From: Camelus dromedarius
Taxonomy: Eukaryota
Assembly: GCF_036321535.1 (NCBI RefSeq)
Contig: NC_087436.1
Span: forward strand, 100,380,001 to 100,444,000
Length of the DNA: 64,000 nucleotides
Direction of reading: 5' to 3'
Below the pieces are notes generated by a model, which was not told the DNA's origin, did no database searches, and was given only the letters and a program-made list of their open reading frames with translations. This document shows positions 12,673-26,060 of the stretch, in pieces. Each line of letters opens with the position of its first letter. Position 1 is the first letter of the stretch. The translations under genes were made by a program, and so were the position numbers.

Positions 12673-14109
12673 GAACTATATTTTGTACTTAATGACTCTT
12701 AACTTTTCAGTTTGTATACCTACATTTTGTAAGCGCCTGAAGACTTACATGTTTTATACCTTTTTGAACTCTCCTTTAAAATGATTTGTATAAAGTGTGT
12801 ACTGATTAAATGATTTTGACTGCCAAATGGCTACTTAACAAGTTAAAAGTGGAAATATCAGATTTAGAATCCAGTCAAAATACTTCAGCCCAGAAAAATA
12901 TCTCTATAGGCTTCAAATAGAAGAAACAAGGGCTGTATAAGCCACAATTCTCAAATTTTTTCTTACACAATTTACAAAACAAATTGACTTGTGGTTTAAT
13001 TACTTTTCTATATGGCTACTTACATTTTCAGATCACTTTTATTTCCTAAAATGCATTATGAAAACAATCATAGAAACAGAGAAAAGAAATAAAATCCACC
13101 TAGTCAAATCAGCAAGATACAGTATTTTTGTGTCTTATATTATCACACTTATTTTAGTTCAACATCTGTTCAGTGACATCTCAGGCTATATTTTGGGATG
13201 GGTGACAATTTTTTTTTCACAAATTCTTTACTCACAACTCAGGATGTTCCCATTAATTGTGATTTGTAAAGGAAACATTTAACTCAGGGCAGATGCTGAG
13301 CAGAGCGAGTATGGAACTATGGCAGGTACAAAATGACACATGAAATTTGCAAGTGGGCATAGATGGGCAGATGGTATTGGCATCTGGGAGATTTATTACA
13401 CCAACTTGGCAATAAAACATGTGTGATCACTAATTTAACATACAAAACTGGTCCAGAAAAATGTTTATGTTAAACAAATTTTCTCTCTAAATATCAGGTA
13501 CAGTATATTTTCTACATAGTTTCATTTTTCTGTGAAGAGAACCAAATATAGAAAATTGAATCCCTCCTTTCCAACAAGAGTTCCATTCATTCAAGACACA
13601 ACGTGCCTATATAAGCAAATTTAGGTTAAATAGATGCAAAATTCTCAAGATATGGCAGTCCAGTGAAGTTAGAGAGTAGGTAAGTATGGAAATGATTTTT
13701 CTTGATTTATCTAAATTATTACCGTGGTCTTACATTTGCCCTTGTTTAGATAAAACCTTTGTTTTCATGAATCACACTAGCTAAAATGTTTGAAATCCCA
13801 TATGAGGAAATTTTAACTTGGTTTTAGATTACCAGAAGATTCTTTATGTTGTTTACTAACTCTTTTTTAGGAAACCAAAGTACCTATGTAACAATTCTCC
13901 AAATTGAATGAATAAGCAAGAATCTTCCTGAAACCCCTTTTTTTGTTCTTGAGCCCTAGCTAGCTACAACTCTTTTACTAAGTATTCCCTCAAATATTAT
14001 AACATATATGAAGACTTCCTGTTTTCTCCACCATGGTTGGATGCTCCCTTTCAGAGTTCCCTAGCAACCAAATAACATCTCTCTTAGATGTCTCCTCTCA
14101 CTTTTCCAG

Positions 14110-14340
14110 AATGGTGCAATAGAACTAACTTGATAGCATTTGGTGTCAGGTGTAACTGGTTTCCATGGTGTGTAACTATGGAAAGTTACTTTTTCTTGTT
14201 TTGTTTCCTTATTTCATTCTTCATTCAGTAAAACACAGATAATAAGACCAACTCCATGAGAAGTTTAATTTTTAAAATTATGCTAAGATTTAGCAAAATG
14301 TACAGAACACAATACATGCTATTTATTGTGTTGTTTCTGT
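14110..14340 (+). mobile_element. MIR SINE, degenerate
   Basis: GCATTTGGTGTCAG...TGTGTAACTATGGAAAGTTACTT...TTCAGTAAAACACAGATAATAA. Confidence 0.55.
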
Positions 14341-14466
14341 TGTTGATACACATCAACATTAGATCCTAAACTTTTTTAATGGCAGAGACTGTAAATATAT
14401 TTTTATATCACTGAACATGCTATGCCCTATTTAAAACACACAACATGCCCACATACATATTTGTGA

Positions 14467-14529
14467 GTGTGTGTGTGTGTGTGTACGTGGATGTGAGAGA
14501 GAGTGTGTATGTATGTGTGTGTGTGTGTG
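14467..14529. repeat. Interrupted (TG)n/(GA)n microsatellite
   Basis: Read directly. Confidence 0.9.
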
Positions 14530-15498
14530 TTAGACTGAGAAAAAAATAAACAAACAGAAAACAAGTAATTTTAGGTGACATATGAAAGGACTCATAATTC
14601 CTGTTCTGAAGATTCTTTTCAAGCCAGCATATATCAAACAGCAGAACTTAGGAACAAGATCATGGCCACAGAATATATTACTAAATATCATATATTCTAC
14701 ATGGATTTGGGGAGTTAGATGTAAAGACTAGCACTAGGTTTATCTGCATACTTTCCTAAGGCAAACATACTAAGATCTAGATAAAGGATCAGGCAGCCAT
14801 TGACAGGAAGATGAGTATATGTAATTATACGTATGAATTATAATTGGACCATTTTAAAAATAGACTTTTATCTGTATGAATTAAATTTATCCATTTAAAA
14901 AATAGACTTCTATTTCACCGATTTTTTGTAATGTCAAGCAAGATTATTTCCAATTATATTACACAACTACAGTCCAACCATGAAACTATAAAAGCATGGT
15001 TTCTGTAGTTCAGAAGGCCCATCACAGACCAATGCATTTTAGGTTTCTATAATATGAAATACTAAGGTGATTTTGCAGTAGTGGAAAAGATGAAATGAAT
15101 CAGTCACTACTCTTTTTTGTGAAATATCTCACTAAAAATGCAAATTTTTTAAGCTACAGTGAAGGTGTTTTGTCTGTACAACATCTGATGTTCTGAAATG
15201 CTTGCACTGTTTTCAGCTTTTATCCCAAAGAGTCTCAACATTCAAAAATAGATTGTGTATTACTTTATACAGGTAAAATTTTTTTGTAAAAAATTTAATG
15301 ACTGTAAATGGAGAGTATTTCAGGAAGACGGGATGTTTTATTTTGTTTTTGATAAGATATATATCATTAAAGTTATTACACACTCTGGAAAATTATAGCA
15401 CATGAAAAATCCTAAGTTATTATATAAAATGAGTAAATCACAGTATAAAATAGTAAATTATACCATGACCACAAAATGAAAAAACATACACAAATTGC

Positions 15499-15730
15499 CA
15501 GTATCTATTAATTGCACACACAATTCTAGACTCTGTTCTGAACACCTTACATGCATAATTCTGTTTAGTCTTCAAAAATAAACCTATGATAGAAATATTA
15601 TTATCATCATTTTATAGATGAGAAACACAAGTCACAGACTAGCTAAATAACTTACTCAGTTTCATGTAGCTGGATCCAACGTCAAAATCCAGTTTTGATT
15701 ACAAAGCCCATTTGCTTTGACACTGTAATA
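15499..15730 (-). mobile_element. MIR (MIRb-like) SINE
   Basis: Core ATTATTATCATCATTTTATAGATGAGAAACAC-AGTCACAGA...TAAATAACTTACTCAG. Confidence 0.8.
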
Positions 15731-16334
15731 CAGAATCTTGAAAAAGAAAACTAGAAAAAATATACCAAAATGCTGAGTTACCTTTCGGCTGATGTTCTTT
15801 TGTAAAATATTTTAGCAAAATTTCTACATTGAGTATGAATTACTATCATCATAAAAATAAACTTTATTGTAATAACACCATTTTGCAATTTAAAAATTAA
15901 GTAGACTGTCAGAATGACCAATAGAACCTGTCTTTATAAATTGCTACTAGCAGATGATTTGGGAAGCTATGGAGATTTAGAGACACATTAAATTAAAGTA
16001 GAATGCTTTATTCTCATAGCTGTACTGATTTGTATTGTGATTCTAAATGATTAAAGGTAACCCAGGACTTTGCAGAAGTTATTCTGTTCTTTGATTCTAT
16101 GTCTAAAACAAGGCTGTTAGTATCTGATCAAAGAAATGAATAAATAGATTAAACAATATCCAACGAATTCCTTTGTGCTTATACGGATGTGTATCACACT
16201 ATTAATGCTTATTACAATTGTACGCATGCTCCCTGTCAGTTTAAATTAGTTGCATGTCTTCAGGAGACCCCAATCAGTTCATACCAGTCAGTAACTACTA
16301 CTGTTACCACCAACGAAATCACTGAGAAACTGCT

Positions 16335-17600
16335 TTAATGCAGACAAGGCACAAGAAAACCGTGTCTGAAGTAGTACTGGAATATGCCAAATGTAACCAC
16401 GACAGGTTTCTCAGAGGAGGTAGCATCTGAACCTGAATATGTAGAATTTACCAGATGAATACTTGAGGAAAGAACATCCATGCAAAAAGTAACTACAAAT
16501 GTGAAGGCTTGAGACACACGAAAGCATAGCTTGTTCAAAGAAACACAGTTACTTTTCAAGTGTAAAGAGTGACGGAGCAAGTGGAGATGAGCCTGGATCA
16601 GTATTCACAAGGCAAATGAGGAATCGCTTTGTATGTTATGCACCAAAATTTAAAATGTGTTCTGAAGACTATGGGGAGTAAGTGAAGAGTATTGATGAGG
16701 GCAGTGAAAAATACCACCCATAAGGAAGAAAGACCACTTATGCAAATCGGGGACTCTAAAGGAGCAAGTCGGTCTAGACACAAGGAAATTATTACCTTCA
16801 TCCAAAAAAAGTAGTGGACTATTTGGATTTAGCTAACGTCATTGACTAGGGGCAAGACAGAGCAGATTTTTGTGACATTGTAAAGCTATTATTGCAAGGT
16901 TTAGAGATTAATTCAAAGTGAATGGAAAATATCTGGTATGATCTTCACTGTTCAGTGAGTATTGATGAATAAACACAACAGAGCTATGCTGAACCCAGAG
17001 ATTTTTCAGTAGGGAAGATATTTACATAAATTATAAATAAATGAAAAGTAGATTTGGGAATAAAATAACAAGTTTAATGTTGGATCTTTTAAGCTAGAGG
17101 GACTCTTAGAACATCCAGGCAGGGGCTGCTGGCAGGTATTTGGATGTAGAGAGCTGCAGGCAGGTTTGAGGTAGCCAGGTAGGTTGAGTCACTTGTACAA
17201 ATGTGATAGTAGAAATGTTGGAGCCAATTAACAACAAGCAATGAAGAATGCATAAAATGGGAAGAAATCGTGATGAAGACAAAAAGCCTTGGAAATACCA
17301 ACCTATATGAAATGGACAAAGAGAAACTAACAGAAAAAGAAGAAAAAACTGAGAGGCAGAAACTTTGAAGGAGACGATAGTGTCCCAGAAATTAGGAACA
17401 GGGAGAGCTTGAGGGAGGTGTTAAATGTGGAAGAGAAAAATGAGAACCATTGAAATAATGCCATTGGATTTACAATGAATGGCAGGACAAATTTCATAAG
17501 TGGTGACATTGGAAGCTAAACTTCAGTGGGTTGAAAAGTGAAAGGGAGAGATCAGGTATAATTATCTACACAACTTTTTGCCGAATTCTGAAATAGAGTG
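16335..17600 (-). mobile_element. L2 LINE fragment
   Basis: Long purine-rich tract with L2 hallmarks: GGTTTCTCAGAGGAGGTAGCATCTGAACCTGAA, AAATGTGAAGGCTTGAG, AACATCCAGGCAGGG, CAGTGGGTTGAAAAGTGAA. Confidence 0.75.
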
Positions 17601-17649
17601 ATGCTGAAAGGTAAGTTAGTAACTAGAAGTAAGTACAAGACCAAGTGGA

Positions 17650-18345
17650 GGGCTCTTTGTATTTAAGTCATATACTCCATACTCATTTCTGACCAGACTG
17701 GCTGCATTTAATAAACCGAATATTGACACAATACAGTTTTCCCACTGAAGTCAAAATTCTAATTCCCATTAGCCAAAAATGTCTTTTAAACTCTTTTCTT
17801 TATCCAAACCAGGACCTGATCTGTGCCATATCTTTTGAAACTCCAGTTTACCAGTCTGATTGATGATTGATTGACTGATTTACTTTCAGAACATTGCTAT
17901 ATATGTATTTAAGTTACAGATCATTTGTTTTACAGAATGTCCTTCAATTAAGCTTGCTTGATTATTTCCTCATAATTAGATTCAAGTTCTTAATTTTTTT
18001 TTTTACAGGACTACCTTATAGGCGATGTTGTGTTATTCTCAGGGTATCACACCCTGAGGCATATGATGTCAATTTGTTTCATTGTCGGCGATGTTAAGTC
18101 TCATCACTTCATTAAAGTGGTGTCTGCCTAATTGTTATACTGTAAAAATATACAATTTCCCTTTGTGATGAATGATTAATCTGTGAGGTGATAACTTAAA
18201 GTATATAAATAGTCTGTTCAGTAGTCTCTAGCTCATTATTTAGCATCAATTCATGATTCTTTCATCAATCAATTTTTCCTATAGATTTTTTGAAATGGTG
18301 ATTTTACAAATTACATTATTCCTTCTACATTTATTAGTTCATATC
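17650..18345 (-). mobile_element. L1MC5/L1MC4-like 3' fragment
   Basis: TTTTACAGAATGTCCTTCAATT...TTTCCTCATAATTAGATTCAAGTT...TTAAAGTGGTGTCTGCC...TCCTTCTACATTTATTAGTT. Confidence 0.7.
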
Positions 18346-19469
18346 TCACATGGTAGAAATTTGAGCAGGATTTAAGCTAATTGACAAGCAAACATAGTAT
18401 TGCCATCATTGTGGAAAACATATCTGTTAAAAAAACCTGCCAAAACACCCAGTTGTACTCCATACATATTTGAAAATACAATCCATTCTTGCTTTAGCAA
18501 GAGCATTGCCTAAGGTGTACATTGTCTTCTCTAACACGGCTTTAGTCAATACCTGATTAAACTATACATATATGAAAAGTAAAAAAAAAAACATGATTTT
18601 TGAAACACAGAAAATAACTACTTTCCAGAGATAGTAGAACTAATTCATTTACTTTAGTGAATTACTTCAGTGAAGAGTGTTAAAAATGAGGTATGACACA
18701 AGTTGTAAGAATTATTTCTATTATTTTTAGGCTGGAGAACAAAATTGGAAAGAAAGTATGATATCCTACATACTTTGGCGGCCAACCAAAATATTTTTCC
18801 TATCTCCATGGTAACAATTACAAGGACCAAGTGAAATCAAATAATCAAAAAGTGATAACTTCACTGGACTAATCCTTTGTTGAAAAACACTCCTGTCGCC
18901 TATAACAACAAATGATTTTGTTACCATTTATTAGCTACAAAAGACTACATGACACTGCCTAGAGAACTCCCAGAAAGAACTTTAAAGTAAATTCACAAGA
19001 TTAGACTAAATTAAACAACTTGAAGATATAATTGGAGTCCTATGAAGAAAAATTAAACATAGTAACAGCAGATAGATTCTTCTGCTGCTGCTGTGCAGAG
19101 TAACATCTGGAGAACATTTTTCTTTTCTCCCCATATGCTGGGAAACACCTTTCCTTGAACAAGTTGACCTAAGCAAGTATTTTCAAGAGTAATTATACTT
19201 TGTAAAAGTTTAAATAGAAAGTTAGTCTCAAAGTTAGCAATATCTCGTTCTCAGAGCTATGGTGCTAATTCTGTCTCTTACTTCTTCTCATATGAATTAT
19301 TTTAGAATCTTACTTCCAACTCCAATTTTTTTTTAATTTATCTACACCACTTGCAGGGTAATATTTTTGGAGTTACAATTACCTCTGCTCACTATTTGCC
19401 ACCCAGAGAAAGCCTTCCTCTTAAATGTTTTCTAATACGACCACTTTTTATTTTTCACTTCAATTTGTT

Positions 19470-20500
19470 TCAATTCATTTCAGTGCAATTTATTAAAATC
19501 ATTATTGCAACTACATATTTTGCCAGACAGTGCATTAAATCTCAACTTCAGAGAACTCTCCAGTAAAAGTTGTATATGTTTAAACAAGGATTACAATATA
19601 GGATGAACATAGACATCCAATTAATTAATTAGATTGCATGTGTTACACATAGGTGGAGTACTTATTTCCTTTGTGGAGACAGATAAAAAATTAAACAGGG
19701 GCCACGTATGAGTTGTGTGTTGAAAAATTAAAATATTTTTACCAAGCAAATGTGAAGGGAGGTAGGGACTTAAAATGGCCTTTCAGCTAAAGATGTGGGT
19801 GAGGGGATGGAAACTATGGTAGTGGCTTAAATAGAATAAAATTTTGTTGCAGGTTTGGTTGATGACTGTCTTAGCCAGTTTGAATTGCTATAACACAGCG
19901 GCTTATAAACAATATAAATTTACTTCTCACAGTCGGAGGACGGGAAGTCACAGATCAGGGTGCCAGCATGATCAGGTTCTGGTGTGGACTCTCTTTTGGG
20001 TTGCAGAGGGCTTTGTTATCCCCACTTTGTAGAAAGACAACTCTCTGGGGTCCTTTTTATAAGGGCACTAATCCCATTCATGAGGGCTCTACCCTAATGA
20101 TCTACTCACTGCCCCTGAAGTGCTACCTTCTAATGCTATCATATTGGGGGTTAGAATTTAACATGAATTTGGAGGAGGGACACAAATATTTAGTCCATAA
20201 CAACCACAGCAGATAAATCCCATTGTAAGGGTTTGCAAAGTTGAGGAAGAAACAATCTAAGATGTTAGAAAAGTAGGCAGTTCCACAGTCATGATAGATT
20301 TTTCTCCTAGGAAATACTTTTCAGTAATTTTCAGACCATGCCCAAACCGGACTGCCACCGAGTAAAGTACAGAAGTGTGTATGTGAGTGTATTACTGTGT
20401 GAGTGCTGTTTTTAGGGGTCAAGTGCTGAGTTGTGTTTAGGATGTGTTAAATTTGAGAGGTGTGAGTTTATCTAAAGGAAGTAGTATCTGGACTCTGAGG
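19470..20500 (-). mobile_element. L2 fragment interrupted by MLT1A
   Basis: An antisense L2 terminus (ATTTATTAAAATC...TGCCAGACAGTGC) is followed by purine-rich body on both sides of the LTR (TTTAGGATGTGTTAAATTTGAGAGG). Confidence 0.55.
19867..20202 (-). mobile_element. MLT1A/MLT1A0 MaLR solo LTR
   Basis: TGTCTTAG...GGCTTATAAACAA...AGATCAGGGTGCCAGCATG...TTTTATAAGGGCACTAATCCCATTCATGAGGGCTC...CATGAATTTGG...AGTCCATAACA. Confidence 0.9.
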
Positions 20501-20887
20501 TTTCTACTTAAATTATCCGATACAAACGCCAATTTACTATTAAACAAAGATGATGCATTTTCAAAACTTGATCCTTGCCTAATTTTTTTAAACACAAGAA
20601 GCTGCAAGATATTTAAAGGGTAGGGATAATGTTAGGTTCATCTACAGAATGAACGGAATAATTAGAAAAGCAGAATAATTGATACATGGTAGACTGTTAA
20701 TTAGTGTTTTACAAAGAATGGTTGGGGAAAATAATGCACATAAAAGTGATAAATTCTTTTTGTAGTGACATTCATTGCTTGTAATTTCTGCTGTGCTTTT
20801 GTCAGCAACTCACATTTATTCTGGGAGAGATATTTTCCCCACATTGTATAAAATCTGTTGTCCCTGTCAGTCAGGGTGCCGTACTCT

Positions 20888-21373
20888 TGTAGACAAAATA
20901 ATGCACCCCCAAAAGATGACCCTGTCCCCAACAGCAGAGCCCATAAATATGTCTCCTTGCATGGCCAGTGTACCTGGAAGATACGATTAAAGATCTGGTG
21001 GTGGGAAGACCATCCTGTATCATCTGAGTTGGCCAATGTAATCTCACAGGGCTTGCAAGAAAGGGGTAAGAGGGTCAGAATTAGAAAAGGAGACATGGTG
21101 ATGGAAGCAGACACTGTGGAGCTATGCTTTGAGGATGGAGGTAGGATTCACCAGCCAATGAACATAGGTGATCTCTAGAAGCTAGAAAAGGCAAGGAGAA
21201 AGATTCTCCATTGGAGTTTACAGGAGGGCTGCAGCTCTGCTCTCACCTTGATTTTAACCTTGTAAGACTCGTTTCAAACTTCTGACCTCCAGATGTATAA
21301 GATAATAAATGTGTCTTGTTTTAAGCCACCGAGTTTACGGCCATTTGTTACAGCAGTAACAGAAACAAATACA
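20888..21373 (+). mobile_element. MLT1D MaLR solo LTR
   Basis: AATAATGCACCCCCAAAAGATG...CTCTAGAAGCTAGAAAAGGCAAGGA...ACTTCTGACCTCCAGA...TAAGATAATAAAT...TTTTAAGCCAC...TTTGTTACAGCAG...AATACA. Confidence 0.9.
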
Positions 21374-21536
21374 GCCCTCTGCTAGTCAGTCACTAGAACC
21401 AGGGCCCAAGCTAAAACAAAAGGATACTTGCTCCTTGGACAACTGAGATGGTGGCCCAAGGCTGACAGCAACTGAATCTGTGATAACGCTCTGAAGAAAG
21501 CATGTTACTTTTAGAGACATTAACAGCACTTTCCTA

Positions 21537-21952
21537 TCTTAATTTGGATTTCTCCAAAAGCAGGGCTTGAAATGAGAAATGGAATGAAGACCTACAGCAG
21601 AGATGAAGTAGCAAGATTAATCTAGGACTCCGAATTAGGCATGGGAGTGGGAGCTAGACACCTATGTAGAGTACCTTAGACCATGGAGTGTCTGAAAACT
21701 GGGACATTTACCCTCTGCATTTACTCCCCATTGGTTGAGGGCTGCCCTGGGGGCCATTCATTTCTCTGCCCATTTAAGATACACCTACAGGTAGAGTAAG
21801 ATCCCAAGCCTTTAGAGAAAGCCCTGAGGCAGGAAAAGTGAAGACGCTGGTGGAGTACTAGCTTCAGGCAGGACACTGTCGTCATGTACAACTGTGACAC
21901 AAATCGTATTCGCCCAGGGGACGTCATGTGGGCCACCCAAAGCATTGCTCCT
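21537..21952 (-). mobile_element. LTR16C-like ERVL LTR
   Basis: CATTGGTTGAGGGCTGCCCTGGGGGC and GAGAAAGCCCTGAGGCAG are diagnostic LTR16C segments. Confidence 0.75.
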
Positions 21953-23379
21953 GCTCTTTAGGTTCTTGAGCTCTGTATCCTTTCTGTGAACTGCCTCAAA
22001 TTCTCTTTTAGCTTAGGCAAGTTGCGGTCAGTATTTCTGGAGCTTGCAAACAAAACCCTAGTTTATGTAAGTTTCCTAAGTGATTCCTTTGTGATTCAAA
22101 CTGTTCTTTTTCTGTTATTTTAGTCCCAATCATGTTAAGGATCATTTATCCACGAATTGTGACCTTTATTTCTTACATATTTAGCATGAATTTTCAGTGT
22201 CTTCCCTTCTGTTTATTTGTCTCATGGATATAAACCTGACACACACTGAAGATGTCAAAAACAATTTAAAATATCTTTAGCATACAAAGTCATAGACAAG
22301 TATGACATTGCTTTGCAAAATTTCTGCCATGTATCCTACTGAATGTTAAAAATAATCACATTGTATTTTCAATGCTAGATTGTGAGAATATATAAAATCT
22401 GAAGATGTTAGAAAATGCATGGTTTTAGAGTAATTTCTGTAACACAGTTTCTTTTAATTTTCCTCTATTTTAAAGTCTTATTGACACTGATGAAAAAACA
22501 TTAAGCTTTCAAATATATGAACAATTTCATGAAGTTATAAAATCTGATTTGTGGAAATCCGGCACAGTCAAGTCTCAGTGGCCTTCCTCTCCTTAGCCTA
22601 GAGCAGGGTCACACTGCCGCACCCCAGAGTAAACAATGGCGATTAAGCTGTCCCGGGCTGTCTGTGCACTGTGATGCCAGGAGTGGGAAGCTGTCAAATC
22701 AAATGATCCTTTCCCACATTGTGCCTGTCCTGGCATTCCACATGCTGGGCACCACTTTTCCTCTGCTCTCACTGCTCACAGTTTAGAGAATTCCACCTTA
22801 GAAAACCCTTGAAGTCCTGAATACTAACTAAACCTTCTCCTTTCTTTACTTTCCCCTGTCCTTTATCTTTTTATAATCACTCCTTTTCCTCATGTCTATT
22901 CTTCCACCTTTTCCTTTCTCCTCTCTCTCTTTATTAATTTTCCAGATGAATAACTATCTCTGTTGAAACTCATTCATCAGAGGCACACGAGTGACAAATT
23001 TCTTGAAGATTTTTAAAACCAAGCCATAAATTTAGAAATTATTTAATAAAAAAAACCACTTCCATTATGCTCTAAAAACCTTTAAAGTATCCAGGTCTTA
23101 CCTCTCCTCTTATTAAATCACCCTCCAAATAAAAGCATTTTCTGATTTTACTGCTCACTAGCTGGAAAAAATTATGGAAGGCATTTGATCCCTCCTTTCA
23201 AAAATGGTAACACTTTATAATTAACTTAAACACTTAATTAATAGAATGATGTGAAGCTTGATATATTATTCCCTTTGCAGTGTGGATCCCTCCATATTGC
23301 TATTGTATACAGATTTTGTTCATTCTGCCTTATTCCTTGCAGTTTTTTTTTTTTTTTCTCTTTTAGTTCTGTTTCTCAC

Positions 23380-24865
23380 TCTTCAATATTACTTCTGTCA
23401 CTAGTCTTGGCACTTCTCGGTGATTGCATTTCCAACATAAAGATTCCTCAGTTACCGGGCTGCTCACTAACTTGAAGTCTTCCTCCTATGATTTTGTCCT
23501 TCACTCTACACCAGCCCCCAGTTTCCATAGTCTTGTCTCAGCCTTTGACATTAATAGTTACTGGAATCTCTTCATAATTTAACACTTAACCATCCGGATC
23601 TTAAGTCAACATCTCAAATATTTCCAGTTTGATATTTCCAGACTCTTAAATTCAGCAATCACTGACTCACCAGCACCTACAGTATACAGATCCTATCTCA
23701 TTTTTTCTGTCATTCAGCCTGTGATGTCCTCAATAACTTAGGCACTCACCTGAAAAGATTTCATGGCTTATTATTAAATTCCTTAATTTTTATATATGTT
23801 CCAACTCCCTTGTACCTTTTTCCCATCATTTACCTCACTGGGGAAAAAAATTCTCAGATTAAATTTAGGTCTTTGCCTACTCTATGCCTGTAGAGGCAGA
23901 GTTGAAGTTGGCTGGGAGAAATCACAAACATGCTACATGGCCCCATTCGACATTCGTGATTTCAAATTATAAGCTCAGCCTTAGTGCTGCCCCACAAGTT
24001 TACTGCACGCTCCTAATCCATTGACTCACTCATTTCCCTCAATGGGAATTTTGCCTCTATTTTTCTTGCTTCAAGATGGTCTTGGGTGGCAACACACTCA
24101 ATAGTAATGCTGTTTTCTGTTTTCCTGAGGAAAAAAAATCATTCAGAAGAAAATGTCCACATGATCCCATTAATTCTACCTACCAACCTACTTTCATCTA
24201 TATCTGTAAATTCTCTCTCCTGTACCATGAGAACTGTAGTCATTTCCTCAAACCACACTCTTCATTTGAGCACCATGTGCATAAGTAGTGAGTGCCCCTG
24301 ATCTCACTGTGTGGCAGTAGGATCAAGTCTAGATCATGATTGAGATCTCTCAATAATTTCCCATCTCAACCAAAATAAAGGTAAAAATGCCCAGTATTCC
24401 CAAGGGACATTGACCAGCTCTGGTCCCCAGCTGGCAGGAGTTTTTACTTGTCTACCCTGTAGCCACATTAGTTCCTTTGACATTTTTCAGACTCCTCAAA
24501 CATTTTCTAAATTCCAGGCATTTGACTTACTCTTCTCTGCAGTATATTATGATTTTCTCCTTTTTGCATTTACCATCTTTTCTTATATGTTTCCTTATAA
24601 AGATGCTCTTCTCTGGTTAAGCATAAAACATTAAGTCCACCATCTTCATTTACACCTACTTGTCTTTTCTTTTCTATAAAGTATATACATTTTACATTTT
24701 AATTTGTTTATTGGTTTTCCTCTCTCCCGTACTGCCACCACACCCAATACTAGAATGTAAGCCATGTAAAGGCTGGTGTCTGCCTCGCACATTAGCTGCC
24801 ATATCCCCAATGCCTAGAACCATACTAGGATTCAACAAAAGGATGTTGAATGAATGAATGGATAA
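23380..24865 (+). mobile_element. L2 (L2a-like) LINE 3' portion
   Basis: Pyrimidine-rich body ending in CTAGAATGTAAGC...ATATCCCCAATGCCTAGAAC...TGTTGAATGAATGAATG. Confidence 0.8.
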
Positions 24866-25509
24866 GTGAGTTATCATAAAACCTAAGTTCCACAAAATGT
24901 GTTACTAGATTAGTTATTTCAAATTATTCAAGTTGCTTAATTTAAATGCATGTTTCTGTGCATAATCTTAATTAAATCTTAATCACCAGAATTGAGATTC
25001 AATGATTTGCCATTTAAAAAATGTTTTTCACAGTTCTAGAAGATTTATAGTCAATTAAGATTTAAGAAGCATCCGTCTACAGGATTAAAGCCAAACCCTG
25101 TATCCTAATAAACTGTTCCTCATGATCTCACCCTTGCCAACTCCTTGGCCAGCCCTATCTCCAATGATTTACTGGGTTCTCCAAGAATACTGATCTGCTG
25201 GGTTGAAAATCTAATAGACTTTATCATATATGATGGCTTTCTTCCACCTTTATCCTTCTTAGCTGCACAAATCCCTCCTGTGTACTTGACTCTTCCCCCG
25301 ATATTGCAGAGAGGAAGATGTAGATGGGGATGCCTCTACGTATTATGTGTGGCATCATTTGAGAATCAGTATGAAGGGAGTCAGGGAGGGGCTTTTGAGT
25401 ATCCCACTCAAAAGTATTTATATAAATTGTGTGTGTGTGTGATGCTTCAGGTCAATCAATTGTGCATTAAGCTGTGAGCACTTTATGTCAACAGTCACAC
25501 TGTGAGATT

Positions 25510-26060
25510 TACATCAATCAGATTCTTAGGTATAAGTATTTGTCTTTGATAATTTTAAAGAGTAAAATGATTAAAAAATATATAATAGTAGTTTAGAGCA
25601 CCAACAGGCGTGGTAGAGAACTAGGCTTGGGAAATTGGGCAGATACAGAACATGGCTAGAAAGGTAACACTCCAGCACGAATCAGCTCAGGGAGAACAAC
25701 CTGGTAAGAACTACCATCACCACTGCTAGGTACCACATGCCATAACTTACACTGTAGATTCTGCCAGTACTTCACAGCACCATTTGCAGGTACTCAGTAA
25801 CTTAGTAATACCACTTCCATAGCCACCACTATGATGCGTTGTCCACCATCCCTATTCTTGTGTCACCAGTTATTGAATACAAGTGCGGGATGGACATGTC
25901 TGATTAGCTAAGTCAGGTCATGCACTTACACCAAATGTGAAGATTTGGCTGAGGGAGCTACTATCATGGGAGATGAATTCTGTTCCTCAATATGACTCAT
26001 ATAGAGGGAAAATTTCCAAATAGGGTGGGAGTGTCACTTAGATGCTGAGTGTCCAATCAT
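25510..26060 (-). mobile_element. Very old MaLR LTR (MLT1M/N-like)
   Basis: ATCAATCAGATTCTTAGGT...TCTGATTAGCTAAGTCAGGTCATGC...TTCCAAATAGG...AGATGCTGAGTG. Confidence 0.5.

Larger units (their letters stand above)
20776..22068 (+). mobile_element. Old MaLR LTR (MLT1K/L-like), split by two nested LTRs
   Basis: 5' piece CTGTCAGTCAGGGTGCC, middle piece CCAGGGCCCAAGCT, and 3' piece AAATTCTCTTTTAGCTTAGGCAAGTT...TTTCTGGAGCTTGCAAACAAAACCCTA. Confidence 0.55.
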
